From Lytechinus pictus (Eukaryota): a DNA stretch of 64,000 nt. The position numbers were made by a program, and so were the translations under genes. The DNA lies in contig NC_087251.1 in assembly GCF_037042905.1 (NCBI RefSeq), positions 49,663,358 to 49,727,357 on the forward strand, read 5' to 3'. Shown in pieces: positions 14,801-29,600 of this stretch; the stretch's first letter is position 1, and every line of letters starts with the position of its first letter. The notes beneath the pieces were generated by a model. The model saw only the letters and a list, made by a program, of their open reading frames with translations, searched no databases and was not told the DNA's origin.

Positions 14801-17800
14801 TTATGTAATGACCAATTTTAATGTTACTCCTATAGTCTAGTGCCCTATGGATTTACACACATCCTACCTGTCTAGATGGAGCTCGACAATGGATGCAATG
14901 TAGGGCCCAACATCCTATAATGCAAAATTGTAGATATGCATAGTGTGCATATCTGGATGCAAGTACTGCCCACAATTATAAATACAAGATTCACACGAGT
15001 TAAATGAGATAACAATAAAAAGAAATGAGAATTAACATACAAGCGTACTATACATTCACATCTTCCTATGACAAGGGGTGTAAGAGAGAGATAGGGAGAG
15101 AGGGGGGTTAGATGGCTTGTATTCTAAAGGAATGGGGACTAGTCTGGCTAGAAATAAGTAAAAGTTAGAACAAGATAGCAGTAGCACTCATTCTTAGCCA
15201 CCCCCCCAGACATACTTACCATGCTTTTCTCCCCCTTCCCCCCCCCCTCCCTCTTGAATCCACCACTATTCAGTCAAATTCTAAAGTTCTCTGTTCTCCA
15301 TCCCTTTCCCATGAACCAATTTCACAATTGCAATTGATCAAAGCCTATCTTATGTTTAGTATCCTGTAATGGGTGCTTTACACGAATACAGCAGTGCTCG
15401 TTGGTATACAAAAGCACACGAAAACATGCAACGCAGAGGTAACATTAGCCTACACAGCCTAGCCTAGCCTCGCTATACAAACACACATGATCTACTAATC
15501 ACAATTTGTTACCTGATATACCCCCTCTGTAGCCTTGAACATAACCATCAAGTTCATTTTTTGGACCTCTTGATGGCTGAAACATGGATACTAGTGAAAA
15601 TAATTTGCTACTGAAGAGTTTGGGCTGGTGTTTCATCCACTAGGGAATTCCCCTTGCAATATAGGCCTAGTCTTGGTTGTATTATATGGCAAATGAAGGT
15701 TTCTTTTTTTATTTAACTTCCTGGCTTTTCTTTAACATCTGTACACTCACTTTATCACAAAGAAATGCATGAAATATACAGATGTGTTATGTAATGACCA
15801 ATTTTAATGTTACTCCTATAGTCTAGTGCCCTATGGATTTACACACATCCTACCTGTCTAGATGGAGCTCGACAATGGATGCAATGTAGGGCCCAACATC
15901 CTATAATGCAAAATTGTAGATATGCATAGTGTGCATATCTGGATGCAAGTACTGCCCACAATTATAAATACCAGATTCACACGAGTTAAATTTGATAACA
16001 ATAAAAAGAAATGAGAATTAACATACAAGCGTACTATACATTCACATCTTCCTATGACAAGGGGTGTAAGAGAGAGATAGGGAGAGAGGGGGGTTAGATG
16101 GCTTGTATTCTAAAGGAATGGGGACTAGTCTGGCTAGAAATAAGTAAAAGTTAGAACAAGATAGCAGTAGCACTCATTCTCAGCCACCCCCCCCCCCAGA
16201 CACACTTACAATGCTTTTCTCCCCCTCCCCCCTCCCTCTTGAATCCACCACTATTCACTCAAATTCTGAAGTTCTCTGTTCTCCATCCCTTTCCCATGAA
16301 CCAATTTCACAATTGCAATTGATCAAAGCCTATCTAATGTTTAGTTTCCTGTAATGGGTGCTATACACGAATACAGCAGTGCTCGTTGGTATACAAAAGC
16401 ACACGAAAACATGCAACGCAGAGGTAACATTAGCCTACACAGCCTAGCCTAGCCTCGGTATACAAACACAGATGATCTACTAATCACAATTTGTTACCTG
16501 ATATACCCCCTCTGTAGCCTTAAACATAACCATCAAGTTCATTTTTTGGACCTCTTGATGGCTGAAACATGCATACTAGTGAAAATAATTTGCTACTAAA
16601 GAGTTTGGGCTGGTGTTTCATCCACTAGGGAATTCCCCTTGTAATAGGCCTAGTCTTGGTTGCATTATATGGCACACGAAGGTTTCTTTTTTTATTTAAC
16701 TTCCTGGCTTTTCTTTAACATCTGTACACTCACTTTATCACAAAGAAATGCATGAAATATACAGATGTGTTATGTAATGACCAATTTTAATGTTACTCCT
16801 ATAGTCTAGTGCCCTATGGATTTACACACATCCTACCTGTCTAGATGGAGCTCGACAATGGATGCAATGTAGGGCCCAACATCCTATAATGCAAAATTGT
16901 AGATATGCATAGTGTGCATATCTGGATGCAAGTACTGCCCACAATTATAAATACAAGATTCACACGAGTTAAATGAGATAACAATAAAAAGAAATGAGAA
17001 TTAACATACAAGCGTACTATACATTCACATCTTCCTATGACAAGGGGTGTAAGAGAGAGATAGGGAGAGAGGGGGGTTAGATGGCTTGTATTCTAAAGGA
17101 ATGGGGACTAGTCTGGCTAGAAATAAGTAAAAGTTAGAACAAGATAGCAGTAGCACTCATTCTCAGCCACCCCCCCCCCCCAGACACACTTACAATGCTT
17201 TTCTCCCCCTCCCCCCTCCCTCTTGAATCCAACACTATTCACTCAAATTTTGAAGTTCTCTGTTCTCCATCCCTTTCCCATGAACCAATTTCACAATTGC
17301 AATTGATCAAAGCCTATCTTATGTTTAGTATCCTGTAATGGGTGCTTTACACGAATACAGCAGTGCTCGTTGGTATACAAAAGCACACGAAAACATGCAA
17401 CGCAGAGGTAACATTAGCCTACACAGCCTAGCCTAGCCTCGCTATACAAACACACATGATCTACTAATCACAATTTGTTACCTGATATACCCCCTCTGTA
17501 GCCTTGAACATAACCATCAAGTTCATTTTTTGGACCTCTTGATGGCTGAAACATGCATACTAGTGAAAATAATTTGCTACTAAAGAGTTTGGGCTGGTGT
17601 TTCATCCACTAGGGAATTCCCCTTGTAATAGGCCTAGTCTTGGTTGCATTATATGGCACATGAAGGTTTCTTTTTTTATTTAACTTCCTGGCTTTTCTTT
17701 AACATCTGTACACTCACTTTATCACAAAGAAATGCATGAAATATACAGATGTGTTATGTAATGACCAATTTTAATGTTACTCCTATAGTCTAGTGCCCTA

Positions 17801-20684
17801 TGGATTTACACACATCCTACCTGTCTAGATGGAGCTCGACAATGGATGCAATGTAGGGCCCAACATCCTATAATGCAAAATTGTAGATATGCATAGTGTG
17901 CATATCTGGATGCAAGTACTGCCCACAATTATAAATACAAGATTCACACGAGTTAAATGAGATAACAATAAAAAGAAATGAGAATTAACATACAAGCGTA
18001 CTATACATTCACATCTTCCTATGACAAGGGGTGTAAGAGAGAGATAGGGAGAGAGGGGGGTTAGATGGCTTGTATTCTAAAGGAATGGGGACTAGTCTGG
18101 CTAGAAATAAGTAAAAGTTAGAACAAGATAGCAGTAGCACTCATTCTTAGCCACCCCCCCAGACATACTTACCATGCTTTTCTCCCCCTTCCCCCCCCCC
18201 TCCCTCTTGAATCCACCACTATTCAGTCAAATTCTAAAGTTCTCTGTTCTCCATCCCTTTCCCATGAACCAATTTCACAATTGCAATTGATCAAAGCCTA
18301 TCTTATGTTTAGTATCCTGTAATGGGTGCTTTACACGAATACAGCAGTGCTCGTTGGTATACAAAAGCACACGAAAACATGCAACGCAGAGGTAACATTA
18401 GCCTACACAGCCTAGCCTAGCCTCGCTATACAAACACACATGATCTACTAATCACAATTTGTTACCTGATATACCCCCTCTGTAGCCTTGAACATAACCA
18501 TCAAGTTCATTTTTTGGACCTCTTGATGGCTGAAACATGGATACTAGTGAAAATAATTTGCTACTGAAGAGTTTGGGCTGGTGTTTCATCCACTAGGGAA
18601 TTCCCCTTGCAATATAGGCCTAGTCTTGGTTGTATTATATGGCACATGAAGGTTTCTTTTTTTATTTAACTTCCTGGCTTTTCTTTAACATCTGTACACT
18701 CACTTTATCACAAAGAAATGCATGAAATATACAGATGTGTTATGTAATGACCAATTTTAATGTTACTCCTATAGTCTAGTGCCCTATGGATTTACACACA
18801 TCCTACCTGTCTAGATGGAGCTCGACAATGGATGCAATGTAGGGCCAAACATCCTATAATGCAAAATTGTAGATATGCATAGTGTGCATATCTGGATGCA
18901 AGTACTGCCCACAATTATAAATACCAGATTCACACAAGTTAAATTTGATAACAATAAAAAGAAATGAGAATTAACATACAAGCGTACTATACATTCACAT
19001 CTTCCTATGACAAGGGGTGTAAGAGAGAGATAGGGAGAGAGGGGGGTTAGATGGCTTGTATTCTAAAGGAATGGGGACTAGTCTGGCTAGAAATAAGTAA
19101 AAGTTAGAACAAGATAGCAGTAGCACTCATTCTCAGCCACCCCCCCCCCCAGACACACTTACAATGCTTTTCTCCCCCTCCCCCCTCCCTCTTGAATCCA
19201 CCACTATTCACTCAAATTCTGAAGTTCTCTGTTCTCCATCCCTTTCCCATGAACCAATTTCACAATTGCAATTGATCAAAGCCTATCTAATGTTTAGTTT
19301 CCTGTAATGGGTGCTATACACGAATACAGCAGTGCTCGTTGGTATACAAAAGCACACGAAAACATGCAACGCAGAGGTAACATTAGCCTACACAGCCTAG
19401 CCTAGCCTCGGTATACAAACACAGATGATCTACTAATCACAATTTGTTACCTGATATACCCCCTCTGTAGCCTTAAACATAACCATCAAGTTCATTTTTT
19501 GGACCTCTTGATGGCTGAAACATGCATACTAGTGAAAATAATTTGCTACTAAAGAGTTTGGGCTGGTGTTTCATCCACTAGGGAATTCCCCTTGTAATAG
19601 GCCTAGTCTTGGTTGCATTATATGGCACATGAAGGTTTCTTTTTTTATTTAACTTCCTGGCTTTTCTTTAACATCTGTACACTCACTTTATCACAAAGAA
19701 ATGCATGAAATATACAGATGTGTTATGTAATGACCAATTTTAATGTTACTCCTATAGTCTAGTGCCCTATGGATTTACACACATCCTACCTGTCTAGATG
19801 GAGCTCGACAATGGATGCAATGTAGGGCCCAACATCCTATAATGCAAAATTGTAGATATGCATAGTGTGCATATCTGGATGCAAGTACTGCCCACAATTA
19901 TAAATACAAGATTCACACGAGTTAAATGAGATAACAATAAAAAGAAATGAGAATTAACATACAAGCGTACTATACATTCACATCTTCCTATGACAAGGGG
20001 TGTAAGAGAGAGATAGGGAGAGAGGGGGGTTAGATGGCTTGTATTCTAAAGGAATGGGGACTAGTCTGGCTAGAAATAAGTAAAAGTTAGAACAAGATAG
20101 CAGTAGCACTCATTCTCAGCCACCCCCCCCCCCCCAGACACACTTACAATGCTTTTCTCCCCCTCCCCCCTCCCTCTTGAATCCACCACTATTCACTCAA
20201 ATTCTGAAGTTCTCTGTTCTCCATCCCTTTCCCATGAACCAATTTCACAATTGCAATTGATCAAAGCCTATCTTATGTTTAGTATCCTGTAATGGGTGCT
20301 TTACACGAATACAGCAGTGCTCGTTGGTATACAAAAGCACACGAAAACATGCAACGCAGAGGTAACATTAGCCTACACAGCCTAGCCTAGCCTCGCTATA
20401 CAAACACACATGATCTACTAATCACAAATTTGTTACCTGATATACCCCCTCTGTAGCCTTGAACATAACCATCAAGTTCAGTTTTTGGACCTCTTGATGG
20501 CTGAAACATGAATACTAGTGAAAATAATTTGCTACTAAAGAGTTTGGGCTGGTGTTTCATCCACTAGGGAATTCCCCTTGTAATAGGCCTAGTCTTGGTT
20601 GCATTATATGGCACATGAAGGTTTCTTTTTTTATTTAACTTCCTGGCTTTTCTTTAACATCTGTACACTCACTTTATCACAAAG
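8870..20684. repeat. Two tandem copies of a 6-unit higher-order repeat (period 5907 bp) within the macrosatellite
   Basis: Unit starts and private variants recur at +5907: GGCAAATGAA 9781/15688, GGCACACGAA 10764/16671, TCCAACACTA 11321/17228, CACACAAGTT ~13024/18931, and the TCACAAATTTG insertion ~14514/~20422. Confidence 0.9.
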
Positions 20685-23600
20685 AAATGCATGAAATATA
20701 CAGATGTGTTATGTAATGACCAATTTTAATGTTACTCCTATAGTCTAGTGCCCTATGGATTTACACACATCCTACCTGTCTAGATGGAGCTCGACAATGG
20801 ATGCAATGTAGGGCCCAACATCCTATAATGCAAAATTGTAGATATGCATAGTGTGCATATCTGGATGCAAGTACTGCCCACAATTATAAATACAAGATTC
20901 ACACGAGTTAAATGAGATAACAATAAAAAGAAATGAGAATTAACATACAAGCGTACTATACATTCACATCTTCCTATGACAAGGGGTGTAAGAGAGAGAT
21001 AGGGAGAGAAGGGGGTAAGATGGCTTGTATTCTAAAGGAATGGGGACTAGTCTGGCTAGAAATAAGTAAAAGTTAGAACAAGATAGCAGTAGCACTCATT
21101 CTCAGCCACCCCCCCCCCCCAGACATACTTACCATGCTTTTCTCCCCCTCCCCCCCCCCCTCCCTCTTGAATCCACCACTATTCAGTCAAATTCTAAAGT
21201 TCTCTGTTCTCCATCCCTTTCCCATGAACCAATTTCACAATTGCAATTGATCAAAGCCTATCTTATGTTTAGTATCCTGTAATGGGTGCTTTACACGAAT
21301 ACAGCAGTGCTCGTTTGTATACAAAAGCACACGAAAACATGCAACGCAGAGGTAACATTAGCCTACACAGCCTAGCCTAGCCTCGCTATACAAACACACA
21401 TGATCTACTAATCACAATTTGTTACCTGATATACCCCCTCTGTAGCCTTGAACATAACCATCAAGTTCATTTTTTGGACCTCTTGATGGCTGAAACATGC
21501 ATACTAGTGAAAATAATTTGCTACTGAAGAGTTTGGGCTGGTGTTTCATCCACTAGGGAATTCCCCTTGCAATATAGGCCTAGTCTTGGTTGTATTATAT
21601 GGCACATGAAGGTTTCTTTTTTTATTTAACTTCCTGGCTTTTCTTTAACATCTGTACACTCACTTTATCACAAAGAAATGCATGAAATATACAGATGTGT
21701 TATGTAATGACCAATTTTAATGTTACTCCTATAGTCTAGTGCCCTATGGATTTACACACATCCTACCTGTCTAGATGGAGCTCGACAATGGATGCAATGT
21801 AGGGCCAAACATCCTATAATGCAAAATTGTAGATATGCATAGTGTGCATATCTGGATGCAAGTACTGCCCACAATTATAAATACCAGATTCACACGAGTT
21901 AAATTTGATAAAAATAAAAAGAAATGAGAATTAACATACAAGCGTACTATACATTCACATCTTCCTATGACAAGGGGTGTAAGAGAGAGATAGGGAGAGA
22001 GGGGGGTTAGATGGCTTGTATTCTAAAGGAATGGGGACTAGTCTGGCTAGAAATAAGTAAAAGTTAGAACAAGATAGCAGTAGCACTCATTCTCAGCCAC
22101 CCCCCCCCCCCAGACACACTTACAATGCTTTTCTCCCCCTCCCCCCTCCCTCTTGAATCCACCACTATTCACTCAAATTCTGAAGTTCTCTGTTCTCCAT
22201 CCCTTTCCCATGAACCAATTTCACAATTGCAATTGATCAAAGCCTATCTAATGTTTAGTTTCCTGTAATGGGTGCTATACACGAATACAGCAGTGCTCGT
22301 TGGTATACAAAAGCACACGAAAACATGCAACGCAGAGGTAACATTAGCCTACACAGCCTAGCCTAGCCTCGGTATACAAACACAGATGATCTACTAATCA
22401 CAATTAGTTACCTGATATACCCCCTCTGTAGCCTTGAACATAACCATCAAGTTCAGTTTTTGGACCTCTTGATGGCTGAAACATGCATACTAGTGAAAAT
22501 AATTTGCAACTAAAGAGTTTGGGCTGGTGTTTCATCCACTAGGGAATTCCCCTTGTAATAGGCCTAGTCTTGGTTGCATTATATGGCACATGAAGGTTTC
22601 TTTTTTTATTTAACTTCCTGGCTTTTCTTTAACATCTGTACACTCACTTTATCACAAAGAAATGCATGAAATATACAGATGTGTTATGTAATGACCAATT
22701 TTAATGTTACTCCTATAGTCTAGTGCCCTATGGATTTACACACATCCTACCTGTCTAGATGGAGCTCGACAATGGATGCAATGTAGGGCCCAACATCCTA
22801 TAATGCAAAATTGTAGATATGCATAGTGTGCATATCTGGATGCAAGTACTGTCCACAATTATAAATACAAGATGCACACGAGTTAAATGAGATAACAATA
22901 AAAAGAAATGAAAATTAACATACAAGCGTACTATACATTCACATCTTCCTATGACAAGGGGTGTAAGAGAGAGATAGGGAGAGAAGGGGGTTAGATGGCT
23001 TGTATTCTAAAGGAATGGGGACTAGTCTGGCTAGAAATAAGTAAAAGTTAGAACAAGATAGCAGTAGCACTCATTCTCAGCCACCCCCCCCAGACATACT
23101 TACCATGCTTTTCTCCCCCTCCCCCCCCCCCTCCCTCTTGAATCCACCACTATTCACTCAAATTCTAAAGTTCTCTGTTCTCCATCCCTTTCCTATGAAC
23201 CAATTTCACAATTGCAATTGATCAAAGCCTATCTTATGTTTAGTATCCTGTAATGGGTGCTTTACACGAATACAGCAGTGCTCGTTTGTATACAAAAGCA
23301 CACGAAAACATGCAACGCAGAGGTAACATTAGCCTACACAGCCTAGCCTAGCCTCGCTATACAAACACACATGATCTACTAATCACAATTTGTTACCTGA
23401 TATACCCCCTCTGTAGCCTTGAACATAACCATCAAGTTCATTTTTTGGACCTCTTGATGGCTGAAACATGCATACTAGTGAAAATAATTTGCTACTGAAG
23501 AGTTTGGGCTGGTGTTTCATCCACTAGGGAATTCCCCTTGCAATATAGAACTAGTCTTGGTTGTATTATATGGCACATGAAGGTTTCTTTTTTTATTTAA

Positions 23601-26600
23601 CTTCCTGGCTTTTCTTTAACATCTGTACACTCACTTTATCACAAAGAAATGCATGAAATATACAGATGTGTTATGTAATGACCAATTTTAATGTTACTCC
23701 TATAGTCTAGTGCCCTATGGATTTACACACATCCTACCTGTCTAGATGGAGCTCGACAATGGATGCAATGTAGGGCCAAACATCCTATAATGCAAAATTG
23801 TAGATATGCATAGTGTGCATATCTGGATGCAAGTACTGCCCACAATTATAAATACAAGATTCACACGAGTTAAATGAGATAACAATAAAAAGAAATGAGA
23901 ATTAACATACAAGCGTACTATACATTCACATCTTCCTATGACAAGGGGTGTAAGAGAGAGATAGGGAGAGAAGGGGGTTAGATGGCTTGTATTCTAAAGG
24001 AATGGGGACTAGTCTGGCTAGAAATAAGTAAAAGTTAGAACAAGATAGCAGTAGCACTCATTCTCAGCCACCCCCCCCCCCCCAGACATACTTACCATGC
24101 TTTTCTCCCCCTCCCCCCCCCCCCTCCCTCTTGAATCCACCACTATTCAGTCAAATTCTAAAGTTCTCTGTTCTCCATCCCTTTCCCATGAACCAATTTC
24201 ACAATTGCAATTGATCAAAGCCTATCTTATGTTTAGTATCCTGTAATGGGTGCTTTACACGAATACAGCAGTGCTCGTTTGTATACAAAAGCACACGAAA
24301 ACATGCAACGCAGAGGTAACATTAGCCTACACAGCCTAGCCTAGCCTCGCTATACAAACACACATGATCTACTAATCACAATTTGTTACCTGATATACCC
24401 CCTCTGTAGCCTTGAACATAACCATCAAGTTCATTTTTTGGACCTCTTGATGGCTGAAACATGCATACTAGTGAAAATAATTTGCTACTGAAGAGTTTGG
24501 GCTGGTGTTTCATCCACTAGGGAATTCCCCTTGCAATATAGGCCTAGTCTTGGTTGTATTATATGGCACATGAAGGTTTCTTTTTTTATTTAACTTCCTG
24601 GCTTTTCTTTAACATCTGTACACTCACTTTATCACAAAGAAATGCATGAAATATACAGATGTGTTATGTAATGACCAATTTTAATGTTACTCCTATAGTC
24701 TAGTGCCCTATGGATTTACACACATCCTACCTGTCTAGATGGAGCTCGACAATGGATGCAATGTAGGGCCAAACATCCTATAATGCAAAATTGTAGATAT
24801 GCATAGTGTGCATATCTGGATGCAAGTACTGCCCACAATTATAAATACCAGATTCACACGAGTTAAATTTGATAACAATAAAAAGAAATGAGAATTAACA
24901 TACAAGCGTACTATACATTCACATCTTCCTATGACAAGGGGTGTAAGAGAGAGATAGGGAGAGAGGGGGGTTAGATGGCTTGTATTCTAAAGGAATGGGG
25001 ACTAGTCTGGCTAGAAATAAGTAAAAGTTAGAACAAGATAGCAGTAGCACTTATTCTCAGCCACCCCCCCCCCCAGACACACTTACAATGCTTTTCTCCC
25101 CCTCCCCCCTCCCTCTTGAATCCACCACTATTCACTCAAATTCTGAAGTTCTCTGTTCTCCATCCCTTTCCCATGAACCAATTTCACAATTGCAATTGAT
25201 CAAAGCCTATCTAATGTTTAGTTTCCTGTAATGGGTGCTATACACGAATACAGCAGTGCTCGTTGGTATACAAAAGCACACGAAAACATGCAACGCAGAG
25301 GTAACATTAGCCTACACAGCCTAGCCTAGCCTCGGTATACAAACACAGATGATCTACTAATCACAATTAGTTACCTGATATACCCCCTTTGTAGCCTTGA
25401 ACATAACCATCAAGTTCAGTTTTTGGACCTCTTGATGGCTGAAACATGAATACTAGTGAAAATAATTTGCTACTAAAGAGTTTGGGCTGGTGTTTCATCC
25501 ACTAGGGAATTCCCCTTGTAATAGGCCTAGTCTTGGTTGCATTATATGGCACATGAAGGTTTCTTTTTTTATTTAACTTCCTGGCTTTTCTTTAACATCT
25601 GTACACTCACTTTATCACAAAGAAATGCATGAAATATACAGATGTGTTATGTAATGACCAATTTTAATGTTACTCCTATAGTCTAGTGCCCTATGGATTT
25701 ACACACATCCTACCTGTCTAGATGGAGCTCGACAATGGATGCAATGTAGGGCCCAACATCCTATAATGCAAAATTGTAGATATGCATAGTGTGCATATCT
25801 GGATGCAAGTACTGCCCACAATTATAAATACAAGATTCACACGAGTTAAATGAGATAACAATAAAAAGAAATGAGAATTAACATACAAGCGTACTATACA
25901 TTCACATCTTCCTATGACAAGGGGTGTAAGAGAGAGATAGGGAGAGAAGGGGGTTAGATGGCTTGTATTCTAAAGGAATGGGGACTAGTCTGGCTAGAAA
26001 TAAGTAAAAGTTAGAACAAGATAGCAGTAGCACTCATTCTCAGCCACCCCCCCCCCCAGACATACTTACCATGCTTTTCTCCCCCTCCCCCCCCCCTCCC
26101 TCTTGAATCCACCACTATTCAGTCAAATTCTAAAGTTCTCTGTTCTCCATCCCTTTCCCATGAACCAATTTCACAATTGCAATTGATCAAAGCCTATCTT
26201 ATGTTTAGTATCCTGTAATGGGTGCTTTACACGAATACAGCAGTGCTCGTTTGTATACAAAAGCACACGAAAACATGCAACGCAGAGGTAACATTAGCCT
26301 ACACAGCCTAGCCTAGCCTCGCTATACAAACACACATGATCTACTAATCACAATTTGTTACCTGATATACCCCCTCTGTAGCCTTGAACATAACCATCAA
26401 GTTCATTTTTTGGACCTCTTGATGGCTGAAACATGCATACTAGTGAAAATAATTTGCTACTGAAGAGTTTGGGCTGGTGTTTCATCCACTAGGGAATTCC
26501 CCTTGCAATATAGGCCTAGTCTTGGTTGTATTATATGGCACATGAAGGTTTCTTTTTTTATTTAACTTCCTGGCTTTTCTTTAACATCTGTACACTCACT

Positions 26601-26611
26601 TTATCACAAAG

Positions 26612-29600
26612 AAATGCATGAAATATACAGATGTGTTATGTAATGACCAATTTTAATGTTACTCCTATAGTCTAGTGCCCTATGGATTTACACACATCCT
26701 ACCTGTCTAGATGGAGCTCGACAATGGATGCAATGTAGGGCCCAACATCCTATAATGCAAAATTGTAGATATGCATAGTGTGCATATCTGGATGCAAGTA
26801 CTGCCCACAATTATAAATACCAGATTCACACGAGTTAAATTTGATAACAATAAAAAGAAATGAGAATTAACATACAAGCGTACTATACATTCACATCTTC
26901 CTATGACAAGGGGTGTAAGAGAGAGATAGGGAGAGAGGGGGGTTAGATGGCTTGTATTCTAAAGGAATGGGGACTAGTCTGGCTAGAAATAAGTAAAAGT
27001 TAGAACAAGATAGCAGTAGCACTCATTCTCAGCCACCCCCCCCCCAGACACACTTACAATGCTTTTCTCCCCCTCCCCCCTCCCTCTTGAATCCACCACT
27101 ATTCACTCAAATTCTGAAGTTCTCTGTTCTCCATCCCTTTCCCATGAACCAATTTCACAATTGCAATTGATCAAAGCCTATCTAATGTTTAGTTTCCTGT
27201 AATGGGTGCTATACACGAATACAGCAGTGATCGTTGGTATACAAAAGCACACGAAAACATGCAACGCAGAGGTAACATTAGCCTACACAGCCTAGCCTAG
27301 CCTCGGTATACAAACACAGATGATCTACTAATCACAATTTGTTACCTGATATACCCCCTCTGTAGCCTTAAACATAACCATCAAGTTCATTTTTTGGACC
27401 TCTTGATGGCTGAAACATGCATACTAGTGAAAATAATTTGCTACTAAAGAGTTTGGGCTGGTGTTTCATCCACTAGGGAATTCCCCTTGTAATAGGCCTA
27501 GTCTTGGTTGCATTATATGGCACACGAAGGTTTCTTTTTTTATTTAACTTCCTGGCTTTTCTTTAACATCTGTACACTCACTTTATCACAAAGAAATGCA
27601 TGAAATATACAGATGTGTTATGTAATGACCAATTTTAATGTTACTCCTATAGTCTAGTGCCCTATGGATTTACACACATCCTACCTGTCTAGATGGAGCT
27701 CGACAATGGATGCAATGTAGGGCCCAACATCCTATAATGCAAAATTGTAGATATGCATAGTGTGCATATCTGGATGCAAGTACTGCCCACAATTATAAAT
27801 ACAAGATTCACACGAGTTAAATGAGATAACAATAAAAAGAAATGAGAATTAACATACAAGCGTACTATACATTCACATCTTCCTATGACAAGGGGTGTAA
27901 GAGAGAGATAGGGAGAGAGGGGGGTTAGATGGCTTGTATTCTAAAGGAATGGGGACTAGTCTGGCTAGAAATAAGTAAAAGTTAGAACAAGATAGCAGTA
28001 GCACTCATTCTCAGCCACCCCCCCCCCCAGACACACTTACAATGCTTTTCTCCCCCTCCCCCCTCCCTCTTGAATCCAACACTATTCACTCAAATTTTGA
28101 AGTTCTCTGTTCTCCATCCCTTTCCCATGAACCAATTTCACAATTGCAATTGATCAAAGCCTATCTTATGTTTAGTATCCTGTAATGGGTGCTTTACACG
28201 AATACAGCAGTGCTCGTTGGTATACAAAAGCACACGAAAACATGCAACGCAGAGGTAACATTAGCCTACACAGCCTAGCCTAGCCTCGCTATACAAACAC
28301 ACATGATCTACTAATCACAATTTGTTACCTGATATACCCCCTCTGTAGCCTTGAACATAACCATCAAGTTCATTTTTTGGACCTCTTGATGGCTGAAACA
28401 TGCATACTAGTGAAAATAATTTGCTACTAAAGAGTTTGGGCTGGTGTTTCATCCACTAGGGAATTCCCCTTGTAATAGGCCTAGTCTTGGTTGCATTATA
28501 TGGCACATGAAGGTTTCTTTTTTTATTTAACTTCCTGGCTTTTCTTTAACATCTGTACACTCACTTTATCACAAAGAAATGCATGAAATATACAGATGTG
28601 TTATGTAATGACCAATTTTAATGTTACTCCTATAGTCTAGTGCCCTATGGATTTACACACATCCTACCTGTCTAGATGGAGCTCGACAATGGATGCAATG
28701 TAGGGCCCAACATCCTATAATGCAAAATTGTAGATATGCATAGTGTGCATATCTGGATGCAAGTACTGCCCACAATTATAAATACAAGATTCACACGAGT
28801 TAAATGAGATAACAATAAAAAGAAATGAGAATTAACATACAAGCGTACTATACATTCACATCTTCCTATGACAAGGGGTGTAAGAGAGAGATAGGGAGAG
28901 AGGGGGGTTAGATGGCTTGTATTCTAAAGGAATGGGGACTAGTCTGGCTAGAAATAAGTAAAAGTTAGAACAAGATAGCAGTAGCACTCATTCTTAGCCA
29001 CCCCCCCAGACATACTTACCATGCTTTTCTCCCCCTTCCCCCCCCCCTCCCTCTTGAATCCACCACTATTCAGTCAAATTCTAAAGTTCTCTGTTCTCCA
29101 TCCCTTTCCCATGAACCAATTTCACAATTGCAATTGATCAAAGCCTATCTTATGTTTAGTATCCTGTAATGGGTGCTTTACACGAATACAGCAGTGCTCG
29201 TTGGTATACAAAAGCACACGAAAACATGCAACGCAGAGGTAACATTAGCCTACACAGCCTAGCCTAGCCTCGCTATACAAACACACATGATCTACTAATC
29301 ACAATTTGTTACCTGATATACCCCCTCTGTAGCCTTGAACATAACCATCAAGTTCATTTTTTGGACCTCTTGATGGCTGAAACATGGATACTAGTGAAAA
29401 TAATTTGCTACTGAAGAGTTTGGGCTGGTGTTTCATCCACTAGGGAATTCCCCTTGCAATATAGGCCTAGTCTTGGTTGTATTATATGGCACATGAAGGT
29501 TTCTTTTTTTATTTAACTTCCTGGCTTTTCTTTAACATCTGTACACTCACTTTATCACAAAGAAATGCATGAAATATACAGATGTGTTATGTAATGACCA

